A stretch of 58,560 nt of DNA, the filler included, from Sphacelaria rigidula (taxonomy: Eukaryota), in the NCBI GenBank assembly GCA_964200075.2. It is 4 parts of 4 records of this genome, joined end to end, with 100 filler letters (N's around TTAATTAATTAA, not from the genome) between each part and the next. Parts side by side here need not be neighbours in the genome. Positions count along the whole stretch, not along the records: positions 14,668 to 29,234 come from CAXNAA020002177.1; positions 29,335 to 43,898 come from CAXNAA020002178.1; 2 more parts are not named here. One strand, written 5' to 3'. This document shows, piece after piece, positions 16,196 to 29,399 of this stretch. Under the pieces are notes generated by a model that searched no databases, was not told where the DNA came from, and worked only from the letters and a program-made list of their open reading frames with translations. Made by a program: the position numbers and the translations under genes. Every line of letters starts with the position of its first letter. Positions within the stretch are counted from its first letter, which is position 1.

Positions 16196-19100
16196 CTGTG
16201 CCGAGGCCCTCACGAACAGAAGACACGCTTCATCACTTATTAACTTGGTTTCGTATGGGAAAGCTGTAGCACTGGAGATCGCTCGGCTCTCGACACAGGA
16301 AGCAAGCCGCTCCACGGCACTTGACAGCCCCCCGCATACACACAAGATCTAGGGGACCTAACTTGATATTTTGCTGGCGTCGCGTCAGCGGCCCGGAAAT
16401 CCCCCGCCCCCGAGCGGAAAACACCTTACTTTAGTATATTTGGGTTGTTTGCGAGTCGGTATCACGCGCAGACGCGAAAAACAAACTAGAAGGCATAGCT
16501 TGGGTGTGTGGGAAGCGCACGCAAAAAACCGCAGTCCAATCTCCCGCTTCGTTGCCGAGATATAAGCGTTGCGCGATCGGCACTTTTGGGTTGAGGATCA
16601 GTAGCGTCTTTTGAGGTCGAAGATGGCGAATTTAGAAAAAGTGGTGCGCATAGTTTTTTCTTGCCGCAAGCAAGTTGTGACGATACTGTATGCAGTTTGG
16701 TTGCGTGCCACAAGCCACTGCTTTGTTTTGTGCGGCTGTGCACAAGGGGCAATTTCGCCTTTCAACGGCGAGTATCCTTTCAAGTGTCGAAATACAGAGG
16801 GAAAGTTTACAGAAGTAAGACAAAGCTGGCGGCTGCTTCGTGTCAGGGCTCCAGTGCAGAGGGTGAGGTCACACATGAACTTCGGCTGTTTTGTCTGAGG
16901 GTTCCGGCGAAGCCAAGGCGCAAGAGTGATTTTAGTTGAGCCTACCTGTACGCACTGACCATGTATGACCAGGTCGGCAGAGCCACGGTGTTTCAAGTGA
17001 CTGCTTGTACATACTGAAAATAATATGTGAACCATGCGATTTGCGCCAACATGCATCTTCGACCCAATGTTATTTTTTGGCATCTATCAAGGTCATGACA
17101 TTTGCCTCGGTGGCGGTTCGCCATGTGCTGCTCTGTTCTGTGAGGAAGTACTGATTCGGTCACGAGCAAGTTCATTAGGCCACTTTTTCCGTATTAGCTC
17201 CCGACAGCGCTGGACGTTCAGCAGGCGGAGTAGCGCGAAGGTAGCGCGTTGGCTTCTCGGACACTGCTATAATGTATTTCGTGTTTCTGTACAGCGGATC
17301 TGACTGGTAGAGTTGTGTTCGATTAGATATTTAGGCAGCTCATGAGCTGTCCGACGTACGCAAGCTACACAACGATACCGTTGATATACACTCTTGCAAC
17401 ACTTTCTTTGTCGGGCACTTGAATTATGGGACGAACGCAACCGAAAATGTGCCGGAAAATCAGCTCGCAGTTGATTTCAGTGTCCCGCCACAATCGCCAG
17501 TTTCTAACATCATAGAACACACGACATGAAAAGATACCTGATGCGTTGTTGATTGCAATTTTTCGATCATTTCGCATGTACTACTATAGAGGCGAACGAC
17601 ATGATATCACGGGGAGAGGCCGGATAGAAAATAACCAGTGTTGAGCACCACAGGTGATGAAGGCATGCGACACAAAAATCCTGCGCATCGGGCGCAAGGC
17701 AAGAAAGCGTATACCAATCAAGTCTTGGTTTCACCACAACTGGAAATGATTTACACGCCGGACAGATCAGCTCCCTATAGCTACAGCTAGCTCTTTTTGA
17801 GCGTAGCTCCCTAGTGAGCTGTGAGAGCTACATGAGCTGTATGAGCCAAGCATGTTTACCGTACGTGAGCTTCCAACCCGTAGGTCATCAGCTCATGTTT
17901 GCCCTGGGTGAGCTATGAGAGCTGCATGAGCTACGCATGTTTGCCCCGGATGAGCTATGAGAGATGCATGAGCTACACATGTTTGTCCTGGATGAGCTAT
18001 GAGAGCTATAAGAGCTACGATTTCTTATTTCTTTGACCGCAAGGGTAGGAGATCTTTAAATCGGCATCATCCACTTTGCACCCGAAAAATAAAGGGCATT
18101 AGACTGATTTATCAGATCGCCAACCCTCGCGGTCAAAGGGCTAACCCCTTGACGACGAGCTTGAATCATCTTTTGAATCGGCTCCAATTTCACTTGAAAT
18201 ACGTTTACATGACCAGATGGACTCGTACCCTCGCGGCCAACCGATCAAAAGAAACGAATCGGTCGATTGTTGTGGACACTGAATATTAGTACGTTTTTGA
18301 ACCATCCGACCAAGCGAACGAGGATATGTGTTGGCTTATTTTCTTCCTATCGCGAAGAGCGAGGCAAAACATCACAACCTAACGATATGTGGCGCCATCC
18401 GTTCGAACTAGAATGTGACATATAAGCGGCACGGGGTTGGCCATCGGCGAGCTAGGCATATGACGTGAGTGAGCCACGATCATGTATCCCTGGGGTGAGC
18501 TACCGGGCGTATCTCATCCGCTCATGTTTTCCCCGGGTGAGCTACGAGAGCTGCGTGAGCTACGCATGTTTGCCTTGGGTGAGCTATGAGAGCTGTATGA
18601 ACTGCGCATGTTTGCCCTGGGTGAGCTATCAACCCCAACCTGTAGCTCATCAGCTCAAATTCGCCCTGAGTGAGCTATGGGAGCTGTATGAGCTAAGCAC
18701 GTTTGCGATAGGTGAGCTACCAACCCGTAGCTCATCAGCTTGCTTCGTCCTGGGTAAGCGATGAGAGCTGCATAAGCTACGCATGTTTGCTCTGGGTGAG
18801 CTATCAACCCCAACCCGTAGCTCAACAGCGCACTTTTACCTTGTGTTGAGCTATCAGACGTAGCTCACATGTACATGTTTGACTACGAGTGAGCTACCGC
18901 CCACAGATGAGCTAGCTCATGAGCTGTCCTACGTGTGGAATGATTCATGTAGTTCATATGATTCATGTGACTTTTCTCAGGAACGTATGCACCCGCCTGG
19001 TATCACCAAGATCAACGCACAGATTGCACGTATCTCCAAGATGTACCATGCCATCGCACTACATTACCAACGCATCATCGAGCTACATCTGGCCGGGCCC

Positions 19101-19650
19101 TCTGCATTGCACAGCAGCCGATTCGAAGCAATTTCGCCGGCTCAACTACTGTATTGTCGAACATGGTCGTGCTGTCAAGCTTGGACTGGTTATTTCGTTA
19201 TTTCGTGTTTATAGCGTCGCGTTTACAATATATAGTGGAAAGTACATGATACTTGCAAGCAGAACTCACCAGATCGAAGAAGTCGGGTTTGTCCTCTTCG
19301 CTCATGGACAGTTTTGATGGATAGCGCTTATCATTCGACACCTGGCCCACTGCTCCATCTCCGTCCTTTCCCCGAGTGTTTGGTCCTTCGCCATTCACCT
19401 CTTGGTCAGCAACGAAGCCCGTAAGGTGAAAAGAGCGAAGCTGCTGCTCCTGCTTACTATGTTGCTTCCTGTTACTGAATCGACACGGTGGAGGAGGTTT
19501 GGACGTGCATGCAGACATGGACAGCCCAATAACACGATAGCACGAGGAGTACTCTAGAGCACCCTGGCAGTAGGCAACGGTACGAGTAGTCAAGTGGTCG
19601 TACATTTGGTAGCACCGACCTACTAATATTGTACAGATACAGGGTGTGAG

Positions 19651-19694
<44 letters not shown>

Positions 19695-20151
19695 TGTATA
19701 CAGTGCAGGAGACACAACAAGAGTGACAGGTTCGAGGGTTGGTTACGACTGCTTTTCCGACTTTTAGTACGGTACCGCACCAGTCTCTCGCTCTTAGAGC
19801 TTGTTTGCTGCTGTGCCATTACTCCGTGCAAGGACAGATAATCATCACATTTCGACCACGCAATTTATCCACGGCAGCGACCAAGGCATCAGCCTGCAGA
19901 TGTCAACAAATCGTCCATCAATGAGATGGTCATGATCTCGTCCACATGTGCCGTACAAGACAACTATCGGTGTTTCACTCTGTTGACTGTGCGTCTAATG
20001 ACTTGTACAGGAGGGTGAGTACCCACTGTGTAGCATACCGTAGAGGGTCGCTGGCAACGCAGCATCTTGACGTCAGTGGTGCCAGAACCGAGTAGGTGCA
20101 TCGCCTCTTCAGTGCAAGGTGGAGTGCTCGAGAAGCCGTCACAGAAGCCAT
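16196..20151 (-). CDS. Putative mitochondrion-targeted protein (5' exons); weak resemblance to mitoribosomal mS35
   Basis: Phase-compatible exons: 20039-20151 (MASVTASRALHLALKRR..., presequence-like), 19270-19468 (LRSFHLTG...DKPDFFDL, GTGAGT donor), 17106-17209, 16946-17013 and 16196-16263 (AFPYETKLISDEACLLFVRASAQ). The last three exons are more tentative and the 3' end was not found. Confidence 0.5.
17767..18930. repeat. AGCT-rich ~42-bp minisatellite in two blocks (about 17767-18019 and 18448-18930)
   Basis: Unit types tgagctatgagagctgcatgagctacgcatgtttgccctggg and tgagctaccaacccgtagctcatcagctcatgtttgccctggg. Confidence 0.9.
18031..18138. mobile_element. Small hairpin/MITE with 25-bp TIRs, lying between the two minisatellite blocks
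   Basis: ctttgaccgcaagggtaggagatct / agatcgccaaccctcgcggtcaaag. Confidence 0.65.
19652..19693. repeat. (TG)n microsatellite
   Basis: Perfect TG run in an intron. Confidence 0.95.
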
Positions 20152-20384
20152 GCCACTCTTGTCCCACACCGCGGCAAGCAGAGGGAGAGAACAAGAACGA
20201 TGTACGGTTGTGCCAGGGTGGCTGGAGATGACGGGTACTGATAAAGATCAACCTAGTGTGATGTAAACAAACACGCTATAGGTAAGCAAACGTCCAAAGG
20301 TCACGTCGTGTCACCACCTGCTCGTACTGTTGTACTGTTGTGTAGGGCATTTCTCTGTCCAGGTGAAAGTTTCCGGCACCAAGC
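20152..20384. promoter_or_regulatory. Probable bidirectional promoter region, including a putative 5'-UTR intron (20282-20362) of the + gene
   Basis: Divergent ATGs at 20151 (-) and 20385 (+). AG|GTAAGC donor and TTTCTCTGTCCAG acceptor. Confidence 0.45.
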
Positions 20385-21056
20385 ATGCCACTACAGCAGT
20401 TCGGGTCAAGCATTCGACGGCCAGTGACGGAGCGATCGAGTTCGGTTTCTCAAAGGAAGGTCAACAAGAAATTTCTTTCAAATACCGTCGCTGGCGTGAA
20501 GTCCCACAACCGGAGAGAAGAGGAGGAGGATTGCTGGCGCCAGCATCGCTTGCAGGAGGAACAGCAGCAACAGCAGCACCGACCACGTACACGACCTGAA
20601 CGTTCATCGGACCTGCGGAATCTGATCGATCAGAAGCGACGGCAGGAACACCGTAAGATAAAAACCAGTGCACATCCAGACAGCCGTATGGGCTGCTCAG
20701 GTTCTGGTTCAACTAACTCAACCGCTGAGAACTCTCGCGAATTCTGGGCTGAGGTAAAGCTGCGCGCTATGACAGCGAGCGGCAGCAGCGGCAGCAGCAC
20801 TCCCGAAGTTTCGCCGCGGACGGAAGAAGTAGAACGTCGTAGCGACGCAACGAAGGGCGAACAATCCTTGAACTGCCTCATTGGTGGAGAAAAGAAGGCT
20901 GAGAAGGCTTCGAGGAAGCGTGTGCGTGATCAGGACCTTGCTGGTGAGGTTGACGACCGTTGCAAGCACTCTCGTGAGAAACTCCGGGATACTTCACACA
21001 AACGAGAGACTGATACTCGCAAGAAGAGAAGGAAGTCGAAGAAGAAGAAACGGTAA
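20385..21056 (+). CDS. NKAPD1/C11orf57-like Lys/Arg-rich nuclear protein (223 aa)
   Basis: N-terminal motif NKKFLSNTVAGVKSHNRREEEEDCWRQ resembles the NKAPD1-type 'FL.N....HN...EE...W' motif. Basic C-terminus RKKRRKSKKKKR is NLS-like. Confidence 0.65.
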   Translation: MPLQQFGSSIRRPVTERSSSVSQRKVNKKFLSNTVAGVKSHNRREEEEDCWRQHRLQEEQQQQQHRPRTRPERSSDLRNLIDQKRRQEHRKIKTSAHPDSRMGCSGSGSTNSTAENSREFWAEVKLRAMTASGSSGSSTPEVSPRTEEVERRSDATKGEQSLNCLIGGEKKAEKASRKRVRDQDLAGEVDDRCKHSREKLRDTSHKRETDTRKKRRKSKKKKR

Positions 21057-22349
21057 CTGCACCGAGTTCGGCCAAGTTATGTTCTATCAATCGGTGAGGT
21101 CTCGGGTGGTTTACTTTCGAACCTGCCGGCATGGTGCGCCGGATCGCCATACTCGATGAAGGCCGTTGCTTGAGAGAGCCGAAAGTTTCTGCTGCTGGGT
21201 CTTGAGATGAAGATGCAGATGCAGTACGGTGAAGAAAGAGGTGGTGAATGGGGGGAGTGGAAAAGTTGTATTCGGGGAGTCCGGTTCACGTGAACCTGGC
21301 GGTGAAAATTCATGGTTTATAAAACTTTGTTGTCATCAATCTCTGTATTATTTCGGGGCAAGATACGGCAAGAGGCAGCTGCAGCTGTCGGCGAGGGGCT
21401 CATGAGATGTCGGATCACCCGTGCCAAGTGCTGTCCCTGCATCGGGCGCGCTGATGGTAGCGTTTTTGTCGTGAGGCCAGAGAAGAAAATTAAGAAGGTC
21501 CGGTCCGGCCCGGCCGATCGTTGGATGACAAGCGACAAATCTTGTACAGAATGTCCACCAGTTTGCCAGAAGGGTGTAAGCTCACGGAGCAGGAAGTCAT
21601 GGGGACGCTCCTATACAAGCCCTGCATGACCCTTCATGCTCAACATGTATCCATGCTCAAGCGCACTGTTGTGTTGGAGACACTGTATGTGCCTAGTACA
21701 CTCAGCGAGAAATTCGAATCAGAGTGCACATTAGCTACGGGTCAACGAGATGGACATGTACGACAGGAGCGGAGTGTTGATTAATGTTTATTCGCATCAT
21801 CGACGTTTTGGTGCGTGTTGACCACCACTGCCGATCGGCCTCTAGACGCGGAGATGTCGATGCGGGTATTGTACCAGACGGGCTCGGAGCTGCGAGGAAT
21901 GAAGCGGTGGATAGGTGGAGTGACGCACGCTGTGGCCCCTAGGTAAGCATCGTCGATATTGTCATGTTGTCACGCTCATTTTCGAAGGCGGCCAAAGCTC
22001 TCGGAATACAGCACCGCTATGCGTTAGTACTCGTAGCGAGGACAATTGTCGCATTCTTGTTCGGATAAGGGCTGCCTGCCGCCGCAGTGTTGGTCATTCA
22101 TTGAGCCCGGCCCGTCTTATCGACACTGTTTTTTCGGGCATCTTGGACTTTTTCGGAATTTTCGGACTCTGCATTCAGACTTCGAAGATGACGGTACGAG
22201 ACATGAGACCGACCGGCCCTAGCGGTCTACCGGTCTACCGGTCACATGGTTGGAATAATTTATATTGTACGCGATTACAGCCTCACAGCGGTTCAAGACG
22301 TGAACGGCTCTTTTCTATTTCATGAAACGAATAGCAGTAATGGTGCTGG

Positions 22350-22420
22350 CAGGGCAAGCCTACACCTGTGACTAAGGGTTCAAGAGATCGGACTAATGTG
22401 CGGAAATAGTAATTATAATA
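22350..22420 (+). mobile_element. 3' end of a non-LTR retroelement (same family as 6357)
   Basis: agggcaagcctacacctgtgactaagggttcaagagatcggactaatgtgcggaaata plus an AT-rich tail. Confidence 0.55.
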
Positions 22421-24471
22421 ATTTTAAAAAATCGTCTTTCATGCACTGGTGCCTCGCGAGTATTCCTTCCTCACGTCCACTATCACGTTCTGAAATAAAG
22501 TTGTTGTCTTCTATCATATTAACCCTTTTCCAGATAGCGCCCGTAGTCACGAAGCCGTGACGGAATACAAGGTAAGACAATATGTCCACGAACAGGAACA
22601 CTCGGCACCCCGAAGGACCACGTTCTGCAAAAACGCCAGCGAAATAGCGAAATACACAAAAATATATGGCTTGAAAAAAACCCCGTAAAATAATAAGAAG
22701 AAAACGGCTACGTTGTGCGGGTCATGGGAGACCACAAGGCCAAAGTAGGGAAACTACATGGTTCGGCATAACACACAAGTCAGCACAGTGCAAGGCAAGC
22801 ACGATAAGACTACGCGACTAAGGCCATAATGATAAGGCAAGAAAAGAAGGAGCGTACTGAAAGGTGAGCGCAACGAACAACATTAAACCAAGAGCAAATT
22901 AAACACACAAGACACGACGAAAGGAAGGGGGAAAAAAGAAGGAAAGCATGGCGGTGTCGTTAGTCGGATACGAAATCTCGCCTCGCGCTCTGCTTTCCCC
23001 ATGTACGTTTTTTTTTCTGGCAGCAATGCAGAGAGACTGCCGTCCTCTTTCCGATGTCATTTTCTTTCTATCCCCGTCTCCTCTGCCGCTCCGTTTCTTT
23101 CAGGGTCCGACCGCAGCCTTGCTCTCCCTCGTTCGTTCCTGTCGGTGCCATTCCCCATGCACTATTTCGCCCTTATTTCCACCTTGCTATACCATTCTTC
23201 CGTTTCCTTGGCTCTCCTTTTGCACTCTCCTTCTCCCTCCTCCTTCCATATCGAAGAACTTGGGTCCTGTTCTAGGCACTGGGTCCACGGGAGCTCTTGC
23301 CCCGCCTCTGACGTGATCGAGGGTGTATTCACTGCCTTGGCCGAGATCGCTCTCGATGAGGGAGAGATGCGGCTGCTGTCCTATATTGAACTTATACAGG
23401 AATATACCACATGAAGTTGATAACTGGCTCTTGCAGTATTACAAGTTGAAGGAAATTGAATATGAATCACAAGGTGTCCAATATGAGCTTCACATACAGG
23501 TGTAGTGTAAGCTTTGAGTACCGTGCACGGGTCATGTTTCGGCTCTTTCATGCTGCGACGTGACAAGTTCCATCCCTCACGTGTAACTTGGCCAACACGC
23601 GAGATTTCGGTTCGCGAGAATTTCACGTAATCATTCGGTATCCCACCTTTCCTTTTCTTTCATGAACACAAAAATATCGCACCGTTTCTCTACAGCCATA
23701 AAATGGTCAGCCGGTACCAAACCCTCCTCTGCACTGAAAAACGTACCGCACTCTGATGAATTATATATTATCTGTGATGAGTGAGACGAGAAGAGTCGGT
23801 CTATATCTCCACAAAGTAATTTTGCCTGCACACTTGAAATTTCTGAACATGCCGGAAAATATTTTACAGCTGGACTGTTACAGGACCGAGAGACTGGACA
23901 AGACATGACAAAACATTATGTGTGGTCAAAGAGAAGCGAAATCCGCTGATGGTTCTAGACGCTCAAGATGCAGTGGCAAGACGCCAAGTGTTGTGGTCTT
24001 CATTATTAATATTTCAATGTGCGAAAATACATGTGCACATACGAGTATTCGTCGGGAAAATGTTGCATGGGATGGCTAGTACGTATGCTCAGTCACGTCT
24101 GAGGCCGACGGTGCAGGACTCAACTGACGGCAGTTAGGAGAAGGCGAGTGTGTTGGCCCTCCACAGTACCTTTCCCCCTAATAACTTTGCCGTCGAGGTG
24201 GTTGAACACGTTGTGCATGTAGCACGCGTAGCAGTTCCCCTATCCTGCGGACCTTGTCGCTATTTTCTCTGCAGGATGATTTTTTTCTCTGCCGTGCGTC
24301 ACCTACAATCGAAAATCACATGTAAAACGTCTTCCCGGTTTTGACGCATGTTCTACAGTGTACTGTAGACCTGTAGACCTATCTGCGAACAGCGAAAATG
24401 AGTGCTGTACTCTTAACCGAGGCGTCCACATTACTCGAGTTGCAGAAGCAATGTTAAATGTTTGAAGAACC

Positions 24472-27189
24472 TCACTTCGGTCCCGGCCGCTCGTGTGCCA
24501 ATTTAAACCTACGGGTAGCGTTCTCGATCCAGCTCACTATCTCCAACGTAATGCTCCCTTTCGCGCTGTACACGTGGAGGTTTGGCAGGACTGTGCTCTG
24601 CGCGTCCTTTCCAGCGATGAAGTTGCCAAGTGACTGCTCTCGTGCCCCGACAAGGTTAATCTTGCCACTGCCAGAGTCATTATCGGCACTCGTATGCAAT
24701 GGTTGACCCGAGGTTGCCCCTACTACCTTGCCTTGTGCCTTATTCTCCTGTACATCGCCTTTGAAAGCAGCAGGAAGGGCACCCAGCTTCCCTTCCAAGT
24801 CGATGTCAGCGGTCACGTCGGAGGACATGGAAACCGCGATATTGCCGGCGTCAGACCTGGAAACAGAGGACGGGAATGACGTCAAGAGGCGCGAAGGCAC
24901 CGACGGGCGTGTCGGGAGGGGTCTTGTCGTTCCTTGTAATCCGTTTGATTTTTTTCTGGCGGTGAAGCTGCTCATGTCGAGCGATTTGCTCTTATTTGCA
25001 CGGCGAGTGCGTCCGCCGGACCGGACGGATATCCATGAGGCTTTGGAGACTAACCGAGAAAAACACTGCGGGTTCAAGGAATGCATCTCGACAAAAGAGA
25101 AGATGGACATGATCGACGTGCCACAAAAGTCCAACAATGGACTACGGGGGACGGGGGGATGTAGATAATGTCAGCTCCAGCCAGATAAAAACAGACGTGC
25201 AAGCTGTTGAGAACAAAATACGTCTTGACGCCAGCTCATCTCACACACGGCTATGTGGAAATACTTCAGGGTTAGACGCCAACAGCAAGTATTAATAGCG
25301 TGTTGAGTGACCCTAGCGTTGCTGAGATTGCGATTGAAAATCTCCCGATAGCGTGCTCTACGAATGTGCTTGCTATGATGAGAGCAAAACTGCTGTGCAC
25401 GCGAGGCAAGACGTTGACAAAATCGTTCAGCAACCCATTACGCGTCTTATTCTGTTCGCACGCTTTGTCGCGTTATGCTACTGCGGGGCTTCGTGCTTAA
25501 ATACCTCAAGCATCAAGCAGCACGAACATGCAGAATCGCGCAAAATAATACAACCGACGGAAATTATTGCGGTAGATGTTACTTTCCGAACCAGCTGTAG
25601 AAGTAGACTAATGGAGGACAAAATCCCCGTCCATGATACTTTTTCTCCTTCCAATTTCGTCACGAAACAAATCCCCCCATGAACAGCCTCATTTACATAC
25701 CTATACCCCTGAGGGATCCATCCCATTCATTTATCGAATAATCTCCAAGATGTTGTACCAGTAGCGATGAAAATATGTTACTTCGTGCATCAACTCATGG
25801 AAGCGAACTATATTGCAGCATTACTAGGCTTCATGCGCCGATGCAGGATGTTCCAACATGAGTTGGCCGGCTTTGTCGTGCGCGTGTGATGTCCGCAGCG
25901 CGTTGCACGAAGAAGAAAAAGGCAATACTAGTTCGGGTTCGCTATTTACATCTCTTGTTTGATTTTCTCTAGCTCCCTTCGGTGGCATTCCTTCCTTCCT
26001 CTTGTGGACGTCATCGGTGATCCCGCGGATGACCAACCCATCATTTGCCAAGTTATCCCAAACAATTTTAGATTGAAGCATCGCCTTTGAAGTGATGCCT
26101 GCCCCTGGTTGAACGTCGTTCAAGTGTGCTTTTTGACCCTCGGTTGTAGAGTCGAAAGGTGCAAAGTGGGCACACGCAGAATGCTTTGTTTTGATTTTCT
26201 CAGCAGCGCGTGATGGGAAATTCATTTATTCATCATCCACGGCCACGCTTCACGCATGGTCTGTTGACGCGCTCTGCAATCGCAACGTCAAACCAGGGGA
26301 GAAATAATGCGCGTGGTCATCGATGTAGGGCTCACTTGACTGCGCTGCATGTACCCTTTTCCAGCGCCTCCAGGTGTACGCTGACATCTCCCTCACCTGC
26401 GGCGCCGTGGGTGTTGCGTAATATGGTTTGGCATCAGACGGTAGCAACTCGCGGAACACCGTCACCTGGCGATGTTAACCCTTTTGGAATTCGCGAAAGA
26501 CAGTACAAACTTCCATTTGCGAGCTTTCGTCACCAGAAAAACGTCAATTCGAGTTCGATGCACGAATCTGTGTCATTAGCAAACTGGAGGTTGAAGTGAT
26601 GCACCCTTTTGGTGGGCTGTATCATCACCAGTTGCAGAAAAACAATCATATCTTACCCAAAAAACGTCAAAAGCTAATAATTATTTTTCCATCAACGATT
26701 CCAAAAGGGTTGAACTACCCTTCCCTTCCCAACTATACTCACACCCGATGCATGTCCTCCTGGTCTTTGCAGTTCACTCACACATCGCCATCACCATGAA
26801 GTGTTCCAATTATATACACATGGTGCAGTTCATGTCGACAATACAGCAGGGCTTGACGTGGTGACTGCAACAGTCTCAGGACATGAAGCAATATTTCGGT
26901 GCTTCACGAATAATTATTTTTCAAATGAAATTACGGTACTATGTTGGTCAACAAGCTGCAGGCACGCACCTGTTGACACTTGAGCAACACCGTTGACGCT
27001 TGAAAGCAAGACGGTACCCGCAGCGCTCGTGGTCGACACGCGGATATCACCATGGCATGTTGAAACGGTCACCTGTCCCCCCGATGTGATTCGTGCTGCT
27101 GGTGAGTACAGCCCACCAACCGTCACCGATGAGCCAATTCCGGTGGTATTGATATTCACTCGAGCACCATTCACCAGCTTTGCATCAAC
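24472..27189 (-). CDS. FAM185A-like / DUF4097 beta-strand repeat protein (partial, 3' exons)
   Basis: Exon 26970-27189 (VDAKLVNGARVNINTTG...GGQVTVSTCHGDIRVST) and terminal exon 24472-24856 (SDAGNIAVSM...SAKGSITLEIVSWIEN...stop) show G-x-I/V-x-V beta-strand repeats. The linking exon and 5' exons are unresolved. Confidence 0.6.
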
Positions 27190-27681
27190 CTGTCGTGCAA
27201 TACGGCCGGGGCAAGCGGGGTGGTTCAACTGCTAAACACACGAGCGGAACAACCCAAACCATGATTATTACAGCGCATTTATGTATGAATCGTTTTCTTC
27301 GCGGGCTAGTTGAGTGCAACATGTCACCCATGTTGTCTCAAGCTATCTCATTACGTGTGTGCCGCAGGAATACCCTACTCGCTCGCAGGTGCACATTGAA
27401 GGTGACACGTTGAAGATATTACGGACATATTCCAAGGGTCGGACGAATCACCGCTGCTTCCAATCACCGAATCTATGATCGCTGAGACCTGACCGATCAG
27501 AAGAGAAGAAAAAGTTAAACACGGGTGAAGAACGCCTCCACGCAAATATTGCGCTTTTCCACGTGCCTTGGGTGCGTGCACCTGGGGGGCACCGCGAAGA
27601 ACAAAGCCCAAGAATTGATTCATGCGGTACGAATCAAGTACACTAAAACAAGTAGTTTCTCAGACAAATAAGTACTCGTCC

Positions 27682-27799
27682 GACCCTTGACACATTCCAC
27701 ATCTTATACAATGCCGACAATAGTTGCAATTGGCTCATACTCTACCCAGTACATTTCTTGTCCATTGCATCTATTAACCATATATTGTCCAGGGTGTGA
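27682..27799. mobile_element. Diverged MITE family C copy
   Basis: Ends in attgtccagggtgtga; left end degenerate (gacccttgaca). Confidence 0.6.
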
Positions 27800-29234
27800 A
27801 ATATTAGCCTCTATCGAAGGTGCTATGCATAGTTTGCAAGCGACGTATGCTGCCTAGCTACGTACCATTCCATGGGATGACAACAAATATAAACACAAGG
27901 AAAACACGGTGACAATCCCGGGTGGGCATTGCGACGCCTCGACATGTAGCTTGGCAAAATATGCAGGGCAAATGACCCAACCAAATGTTCAATAGAATAC
28001 CCTCACCCGTGTACAACGGGATGCCGGCCTTCCGCGAGACTGTACTACAGGCAGTATATATAACTATAGAAACTCCAACTACTACCGAGAGGACTAGCAA
28101 CGAACAGAGCGAATACGCAATGTCCGGGCACAAAACCTGCCCACTTGTAAGAAGCTCGTTGGCAAGAAGCTCAGGCTGAACTTCTTGGGTTGAGCGAAAA
28201 TGGCTCAACATCTATACAGTTCCATGGCAATTGCGACACATACTGTAAGGGACATGGTGAAACACCCGCAAGTGGTGTGTTTTTCACACCCAATTTTGTG
28301 GAAAATACCCTGTGCTGCTGCCTTGCTTGTGGTTTCATGATGTACAAGAGGAAAGAAATCGTTTTTCTTTTTCAGTCCGCGGTTGGCAGTGCAAAGCGAC
28401 AGCATACTCCTGAGCTAGGACAGCTATTAATAGGCAACTCCGCATTTTGCAACAAACCAGGTTCTGTGCCAACCATCCATAGCTGACACCAAACACCACA
28501 CCGTTCAGTCTAATACTCGCCAAAACATAAGGGAACGCCTTGCAAACATCCCATTGGCCAACGGTTCCTGGAGACTGGGAGTTTGGACACCCTGGCACCC
28601 CCCATCCCTCCTCACCCCTTCGCGGGGGGAATTTCAAATTTTCTACACTCAAAACTCGAAGTCTCGAGAACTGTTCCAGTAAATCTCCCAATTGATATGT
28701 GTGCTTCTTGACTGTCTTTGGATGGTACCCTGCGCTCTCTGATTCCGCGCGGCGTGACACTAGCTAACCTACGCTAAGGGTACCCATAGATTGGGACTTC
28801 AGATAACACACCCCCGAAGGAGTTATTTCAACTTTTTTGAACGAATATAAATGGGAACGGGACGACATGCGAACGATCGCGCATATCATCATCTGGGGTG
28901 TGCGGAACGGGAAAGAATCGTACCGTATGCATCTCACAGATGAGATGAATCGCATTGGACAAAGAATCAGATCATCAGACGCAACCGTTTGTGCCCCAGT
29001 CCTGCAGAGCGTAGGTTATAGTGTCTGCCCAATTATTGTGGTGTCCAAGTAGCTGCTTCCCCAGACACGAAGCAGGCGATCCTTCTTCTAACGCTGTTTA
29101 CGAGGCGCCTTGCTCTTCAACGGTGCAGCTTCCGACAACGAACTGGCACGCTCGGACACCCCCATCCCCATGAACCAGCTCTTAGGCGGCGGCGGCGGCG
29201 GCCGTGGCCGGGGGGGGGGGCGGGGGGGGTGCTC

Positions 29235-29333
29235 NNNNNNNNNNNNNNNNNNNNNNNNNNNNNNNNNNNNNNNNNNNNTTAATTAATTAANNNNNNNNNN
29301 NNNNNNNNNNNNNNNNNNNNNNNNNNNNNNNNN
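29235..29333. other. Scaffold gap with artificial spacer, flanked by G-runs
   Basis: N-runs around TTAATTAATTAA. Confidence 0.95.
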
Positions 29334-29334
29334 N

Positions 29335-29392
<58 letters not shown>

Positions 29393-29399
29393 GGTACAG

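Noticed and set aside
17767..18930. CRISPR-like appearance of the periodic repeats (also the 20-bp units at 41961-42100 and 42635-42835)
   Set aside because: The units are tandem without unique spacers, there are no cas genes, and the context is eukaryotic.
26398..26465. Candidate exon of the FAM185A-like gene
   Set aside because: In the phase required by the upstream exon it contains an in-frame stop.
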